A stretch of DNA of 64,000 bases from positions 1,472,001 to 1,536,000 of the forward strand of contig CBDFJF010000001.1 of assembly GCA_965248265.1 (NCBI GenBank). Reading direction: 5' to 3'. This DNA comes from Candidatus Latescibacterota bacterium. GTDB taxonomy: Bacteria; Latescibacterota; UBA2968; UBA8231. Every line of letters begins with the position of its first letter. Positions within the stretch are counted from its first letter, which is position 1. The notes beneath the pieces are model-generated. The model was not told where the DNA came from. It worked only from the letters and a program-made list of their open reading frames with translations, and made no database searches. Position numbers and translations under genes: made by a program. Of the stretch, positions 59,120-64,000 are shown in pieces.

Positions 59120-59561
59120 GGTTTTCGGGCGGAATAGCTTTGAGGCGACGACCGATCACTGTACCCATCCACGCCATGGGAATGTAGGCGGCTACGAGAT
59201 CGAGAAGTATGAACCACGCAGGCGCGGGGATCACGAATGAGGCTGAAATGCCTCCCGCCAGGAAAGCGGCCCCAACCACATAGGCGTATACGGGCCGGTA
59301 ACCGGCCGCAACAAGTAAGGCGGCAAACGCTCCAACCAATGTCCCGAGTGCGTGGGCAAGAAAGGGAAAGATAAAATGCTTTGCCTCAAATAGGTGCATC
59401 GAAGCACTCAAGCTCTCGACGTCTGCTACGTCGACTCCCAAGGGTGGTGGGACCACGGATGGCCCCAAGGTGACCAGCGACATGTTGACACCGGAGCCTA
59501 CCGCGAGGCCAACAATGACGGCGAGGATGTTGCGCAACACGTCACACTTCCTGTTCAACAC
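59112..59561 (-). CDS. Hypothetical membrane protein
   Basis: Four hydrophobic helices; FPFLAHA.GT, PAWF..LDL..AYIPMAW. Confidence 0.7.
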   Translation of the reverse strand: MLNRKCDVLRNILAVIVGLAVGSGVNMSLVTLGPSVVPPPLGVDVADVESLSASMHLFEAKHFIFPFLAHALGTLVGAFAALLVAAGYRPVYAYVVGAAFLAGGISASFVIPAPAWFILLDLVAAYIPMAWMGTVIGRRLKAIPPENHE

Positions 59562-59632
59562 TTGTTAGATCGGACATGGCTCCCACCTCTTTCATCCAGT
59601 CAGGAGGGCTTTTTGTTAACTCCGCCCAGGGA

Positions 59633-60181
59633 TCATCGCAGCTTCAGCTCGAACATCTGCTCAGCCGCCTCTTCCGTACCTGCATCACACGTAAACCCGC
59701 TCTTCTCCAACACTCGGCGCGACGAAACGTTGCCGCGGGCAACACCACCCACTATCGAACTCACGCCGGACCGGCGACACCATGCAACAAGGCCCTGAAT
59801 CATTTCGCTGGCCAGCCCCTTGCCCCACACCGACTCGGCAAGCAAATATCCCAAACGTAATTCGGCACCCACGGCACGCTCCTGATCTGCTTCGAACAGA
59901 ATGACCAGGCCAACAGACTCTCGTGATGACCGATCCACCACGAGCAACACAGCTCCTTCGTCGTCGCGATCCTGGATCCACTCCTGCGCGCGTTGCGAAG
60001 TATACGATCCTCTCCACGCCTCAGGAAGCGACTGTGTGACTCGGTCGGTTAGCAGGTTGACTACGACATCTGCCAGGTCCTGCGCCACCCAATCGTCATC
60101 AGACAGTGAGTGCCACTCTTTGACGATGAGGCGATCCGTTGAAAAGCAACATGCCTTGCTGATCAATATTCCCCTCTCCAT
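59633..60181 (-). CDS. GNAT (RimJ/RimL-type) N-acetyltransferase
   Basis: LGY.L...WGKGLASE, N.SS.RVLEKSGF. Confidence 0.9.
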   Translation of the reverse strand: MERGILISKACCFSTDRLIVKEWHSLSDDDWVAQDLADVVVNLLTDRVTQSLPEAWRGSYTSQRAQEWIQDRDDEGAVLLVVDRSSRESVGLVILFEADQERAVGAELRLGYLLAESVWGKGLASEMIQGLVAWCRRSGVSSIVGGVARGNVSSRRVLEKSGFTCDAGTEEAAEQMFELKLR

Positions 60182-60241
60182 GTCCTTGCGCAGGCCGCTA
60201 TCGTGGCGAGCTGACTGTGGCCAAGCGTTGACTGATTCTGA

Positions 60242-60691
60242 TCAGTCCGCCTTCACGCTAACGATCCAGCCCCTGCCCTCGGCAAATTTCGAATACCAGA
60301 TCAAGAACCCGGCCACCGCCAGCGGCATCACGATAAACATGGTGATCTCGAAGGGACCGAAGTCCATTGTCGAATCGTCCATGCCAAGGTAAGGGATCAT
60401 TTGCACAATCATGCCAAGCAGCGACACGATAAACAGATAGTACGCCGCTGACTTTCTCAGCAGCAGCAGAATGCCCCCGATCGAGCCTCCGAAAACGGCT
60501 ACCGCGAAGGCTCCGGTGGCCCATGCAGGTCGGCCTTCGATTATCGCGCGCTTCGCCTCGGGCATCGCGGCAACCATCTCTGCATTCATTTGCCCGAAGT
60601 AGTTCATGACACCCATCGCGTTCCAGATCAGCGCGACCGCGCCGATTACCCAGAAACTCCAGTGAGCACCACCAGTGGTTTCGTCGTTCAT
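60242..60691 (-). CDS. Hypothetical four-TM membrane protein
   Basis: FW...VALIWNAMG, PAWATGAFAVAVFGG. Confidence 0.75.
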   Translation of the reverse strand: MNDETTGGAHWSFWVIGAVALIWNAMGVMNYFGQMNAEMVAAMPEAKRAIIEGRPAWATGAFAVAVFGGSIGGILLLLRKSAAYYLFIVSLLGMIVQMIPYLGMDDSTMDFGPFEITMFIVMPLAVAGFLIWYSKFAEGRGWIVSVKAD

Positions 60692-60718
60692 TGCATCCCC
60701 CTGTTGCTTGTTGATTCT

Positions 60719-61006
60719 CTAGTGCGACCTCAATTCGTAGATTCGAATGCTAGCGATAAACGGATTGCTTTGCGCAAGCTTCTCAGCAGCTTCAAAACTC
60801 TCCGCCTCGATAATATTGTAGCCGGTAATGGATTCCATGTCCCATGGAAGATCTCGTGTTCCACTTTTCGATATCTCTCGACCATTGGTGAACCCGCCCT
60901 GGTCAACCTGCTTGTCGGAGATCGATTCAAACCAGGCCATCCAGGCCTGCATGATTTCCGGGGTGGGCTCTTCAAATCCCATGTGCAGGTACATGAACTT
61001 TTTCAC
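60719..61006 (-). CDS. YciI/DGPF-like protein
   Basis: AAGGAG RBS before GTG; MQAWMAWF, ITGYNII.AES. Confidence 0.78.
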   Translation of the reverse strand: MKKFMYLHMGFEEPTPEIMQAWMAWFESISDKQVDQGGFTNGREISKSGTRDLPWDMESITGYNIIEAESFEAAEKLAQSNPFIASIRIYELRSH

Positions 61007-61079
61007 TGCCCTCTCCTTGTGATGGTGTGGCCTGAAAAATTTGCCGGTGTGGTGTCTCTGGCAATATCTGGTCTCACGA

Positions 61080-61378
61080 CTACAACGCCAACATATCGAT
61101 AATCTCTCGACTCGACTCCTCGGGACTCTTCCTGTGATTGAAATGGAGCTGCCTGGCAAGTACATAGTTCGAATCATGCCTGAGCATGAGTGCATTGGCG
61201 TCAAAACCATAGAGCAAATGACGCATGCCACGCCTCTCATCGAGGATTCTCAGTGATACGTCGAGATCAGGTGATGGCAGCACCAATACTACGTGGGGAT
61301 AGGGTCGAAGGAGATCACGGACTTCACCCAGGGTCTGGGTATCCTCGAATAGCGAGTGTCGGCCACCAAAATCTACCC
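61080..61378 (-). pseudogene. C-terminal remnant of a shikimate-kinase-like P-loop protein
   Basis: VDFGGRHSLFED...VVLVLPSPD.D.SL.IL..R...SPEE...EI; N-terminal Walker A absent. Confidence 0.5.
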
Positions 61379-61708
61379 TCTGTCTACGGGCGTGAGAGGT
61401 TCGATGGTTCGGTCAATCTTGGGTCGGGACTGCGTGCGCTCTTCGTTGATATCAACTTCCTCTACAGTCGCAGCCTCTTGCAGATACGACTCAATGATCT
61501 CGACGCTATTCCACCAACACTCGTAACCCCAGACGATGTTCCCATTGTCCAGTCGGATTTTGGGATTGCGAGTGTCTGTGATACTCTGTGGTGGAATTTC
61601 CTGAGCGACAATCTCACCGAATCCCAGGAACCTGACGATACCGTCTTTGGCGTCGAGGATAGCGCCAACTCGCTTGAAGCTTTCGGCCGTAGCATCCTTT
61701 TCAGGCAT
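61373..61708 (-). CDS. Hypothetical protein (NPKIxLDNG-VWGxECWW)
   Basis: 111-aa ORF overlapping the upstream gene's stop. Confidence 0.6.
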   Translation of the reverse strand: MPEKDATAESFKRVGAILDAKDGIVRFLGFGEIVAQEIPPQSITDTRNPKIRLDNGNIVWGYECWWNSVEIIESYLQEAATVEEVDINEERTQSRPKIDRTIEPLTPVDRG

Positions 61709-62684
61709 TGCTGGTAGATTCCAGAGAAATGACCAACTTGCCCATGTGGATGGCTTCTCCGAAACGCTGAATTACATCCGGAACCTCATTCAGCTTATAC
61801 GGGCCATCTATCACCGGCTTGACTTTGCCGGCCTCGAAAAGCTCGTTGAAGTATTCCAGATCTTTGTTCGGCTTGAGACTAAGCACGCGGATGCTCTTGT
61901 TTGTGATTCTTCGGATCATTGGTCCGAGGAAAGCGGTTTGTAAAAGTCGACCCGTACTCCCACCGACCGTGACGTAAGTACCGCGCGGACTGAGCGCGCG
62001 CAGGTACTTGAACACCGACCGGTTGGTCCTGGTATCAAGGATTAGATCGTAACACCGCCCTGATTCGGTGAAATCTTCTATTGTATAGTCAACGACATGG
62101 TCAAAACCCAGGGAACGCATCATATCCAGTTTGCGCGAGTGGTCAACGCCAGTCACTTCCACACCGATTGACATGGCAATCTGTACGCCCAAGGTTCCAA
62201 CGCCGCCGCCCGCACCATTGATCAACAGTTTTTGACCCGGCTGCAGCTGCCCTTCATCACGGAGACCTTGTATAGCTAACATTGCCGCATGCGGTATTGC
62301 CGCTGCGTCGATGAATGTCATGCTGCCAGGTTTCAATGCCAGTGCGTTCTCGTCTGCACAGACATATTCGGCAAAACCGCCGAATCCGCACTCAGACAGG
62401 TCCCCGTACACCTCATCACCTGGTTTGAATCGGTCAACGTTCTCGCCAACTGCCTCGACCCGACCGGCAATGTCAAGACCAGGTATTTTGACCTTGGGTT
62501 TGAGTAATCCGCAAAGAAGGCGAATGTAGAACGGCGTACCTCTCATGAGGCACCAATCCCAGTCATTCATGGCAACCGCTTGAATTCTTATGAGGACTTC
62601 ACCCTCCTCGGGAATCGGTACTGCCACCTCTCTAAGGTGAAGGACACCTCGTGAACCGTATTTTGTAAGTACGATTGCTTTCAC
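61701..62684 (-). CDS. MDR family NAD(P)-dependent oxidoreductase (zinc-independent)
   Basis: GLDIAG.VE.VG, GGFAEY, NGAGGGVGT, GKLVI. Confidence 0.92.
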   Translation of the reverse strand: MKAIVLTKYGSRGVLHLREVAVPIPEEGEVLIRIQAVAMNDWDWCLMRGTPFYIRLLCGLLKPKVKIPGLDIAGRVEAVGENVDRFKPGDEVYGDLSECGFGGFAEYVCADENALALKPGSMTFIDAAAIPHAAMLAIQGLRDEGQLQPGQKLLINGAGGGVGTLGVQIAMSIGVEVTGVDHSRKLDMMRSLGFDHVVDYTIEDFTESGRCYDLILDTRTNRSVFKYLRALSPRGTYVTVGGSTGRLLQTAFLGPMIRRITNKSIRVLSLKPNKDLEYFNELFEAGKVKPVIDGPYKLNEVPDVIQRFGEAIHMGKLVISLESTSNA

Positions 62685-62755
62685 ACTAGTGCCTCGCAGC
62701 GGAAGTTCGTTGCCATAGCTCAACCGGTAACGAACTTGCGCTGCGAGGTACTAGT
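62685..62755. mobile_element. 71-bp MITE-like palindrome
   Basis: 30-bp inverted arms (27/30 matched) bounded by ACTAGT, with an 11-nt loop; fills almost the whole intergenic gap. Confidence 0.6.
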
Positions 62756-62758
62756 TGA

Positions 62759-63721
62759 CTATGGATCCGCACAGTTGTCTCCACCTTGAACGACACCGCT
62801 GAAGTCATACTGGGATGAGAGTGATCGAGAGAAATCGACCTGGTGCTCGACAATGTCCATCCTGACGAGCCCGTTGCCGGTAAATCTGAGTCCAACGATC
62901 TGGCTTCGGTCGTGGGTCGGCACGTAGAGGGTTACCTTGTCTTCGCCCGCGGTGACGGTAGAAAGGCACAAGTTTCTCTCACCGACCGCGTGGTTGCTGT
63001 AGAGAGTCGACTCGGACAAGACAGAGAGTACGCCTCTCGAAATTCTGGCAACTCGAAGAATTCCCCCGATGTGAGGCGTCTGGACCCAGGCCAACTCAAC
63101 TATGCCATCGCCGTCCAGGTCGTAGATCGCGGCGATGTTGAGCCATCGCGACGGTGTGCCGATTTCGTCGACCCAGGCGTACTCACTGAGAGCCCGATCC
63201 TCGATCTTATAGATCATGATACCGGCACCCTTCGATACGTCAGTTCGCACGGTCACAACCTCCAGTTCCCCGTCACTGTCTACGTCTGAGAGCCGCGGCC
63301 GGATGTCTTCGAAGACAAATCGCTCGTCGAGCGTGTGTGTGTATGTGACACCATCTCGCAAGACCACAAGTTGACCGGCTTCAATCCGATCACCCAGGAT
63401 TCCGTGGCCATACCTGTCTGTTGGTTGAGCGTACTGTGCGTAGATAGACCGATCCTTGCTGATGCTGACCTGTGCTTCGGGAAGTTGCTCGAAGCTGGAC
63501 GCCAGGAAGACCAGGTTCTCGTCGTGATCCATCCCGAAATCGCTGTCTTCCTGGTCATCGTGCTCGGCTCGTTCAGAATCCCCCACAGTGGCGGCATCCT
63601 CAGTCCCATCTGGCCCCTGTGGACTGTTTGCTCCGGAATCGGAACAACCACTGAGACACGGCAATAACAGAAGCCCGAGAGACAAGCACCACCGTAAGGA
63701 CAACGCGGAGTGGCCCGTCAT
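62759..63721 (-). CDS. Lipoprotein with FG-GAP-like repeats
   Basis: Lipobox LSGC; PTDRYGHGILGD, DVDSDGELE, DLDGDG, TPHIGG. Confidence 0.78.
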   Translation of the reverse strand: MTGHSALSLRWCLSLGLLLLPCLSGCSDSGANSPQGPDGTEDAATVGDSERAEHDDQEDSDFGMDHDENLVFLASSFEQLPEAQVSISKDRSIYAQYAQPTDRYGHGILGDRIEAGQLVVLRDGVTYTHTLDERFVFEDIRPRLSDVDSDGELEVVTVRTDVSKGAGIMIYKIEDRALSEYAWVDEIGTPSRWLNIAAIYDLDGDGIVELAWVQTPHIGGILRVARISRGVLSVLSESTLYSNHAVGERNLCLSTVTAGEDKVTLYVPTHDRSQIVGLRFTGNGLVRMDIVEHQVDFSRSLSSQYDFSGVVQGGDNCADP

Positions 63722-64000
63722 TGGTTTCCCGGCGTGAATGGCACATGTCGAAGCGATTTGATGGGCGGCAGAGTCAGGGATAGGGCTTGATCCAGCCTCT
63801 CCCATCCACGTTGATGAAAGGGCTCGGTTCGATCTCGCATAGCCTGCGCGGTTTCAAGAGTCGCTGCTCGGGCGTTGGCTGCTTCCGCATCAGAGATGAA
63901 CCCGGCCTTGCACGCCTCGACGAACTCGTCTTCATCCTCGATCTCGACATTCCCAGTGGACCCCATCACCGGGTCTAGCTCCAAGTCGACGTAGGTCCAC
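63718..64000 (-). CDS. DUF402-family protein, partial (runs off the window)
   Basis: YVDLELD...EDEDEF..A...G.I. Confidence 0.7.
   Translation of the reverse strand, partial: WTYVDLELDPVMGSTGNVEIEDEDEFVEACKAGFISDAEAANARAATLETAQAMRDRTEPFHQRGWERLDQALSLTLPPIKSLRHVPFTPGNQ

Noticed and set aside
59553-59570. attC-like core (GTTCAAC...GTTAGAT), similar to AACAAGTGTTAG near 7833
   Set aside because: Too short to form an attC hairpin, not repeated between other genes, and no integrase in the window

Overview
A GC-rich (roughly 60% by eye) bacterial window of mostly catabolic and accessory genes. It carries SDR, Gfo/Idh/MocA and MDR oxidoreductases, three PhyH-type Fe(II)/2-oxoglutarate enzymes, two BNR/sialidase-like proteins, DHDPS/HpcH/transaldolase-type aldolases, enolase-superfamily dehydratases, two MFS transporters, a sulfotransferase, rsgA, an orphan fliG, pcm and a higBA toxin-antitoxin pair. 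The gene mix and a secreted protein ending in a cohesin-like domain plus a dockerin-like tail suggest a Latescibacterota-like marine or host-associated lineage (inference). I saw no rRNA, tRNA, CRISPR array or transposase. Main signals the ORF track misses: (1) a 24-aa leader peptide, candidate antiterminator and intrinsic terminator upstream of rsgA, a likely ribosome-sensing attenuator; (2) a DUF3179 lipoprotein split by an in-frame TGA at the conserved Cys position and followed by a hairpin, a probable selenoprotein; (3) two tandem PhyH-like enzymes with HxG and HxA in place of the iron-binding HxD, the signature of non-heme iron halogenases; (4) a CxxCH/temptin-like + 4 cadherin-like repeats + cohesin + dockerin surface protein; (5) a 71-bp MITE-like palindrome abutting a start codon; (6) about 14 gene remnants, many with both ends kept and the middle deleted. 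All family calls come from motif recognition, not database searches.
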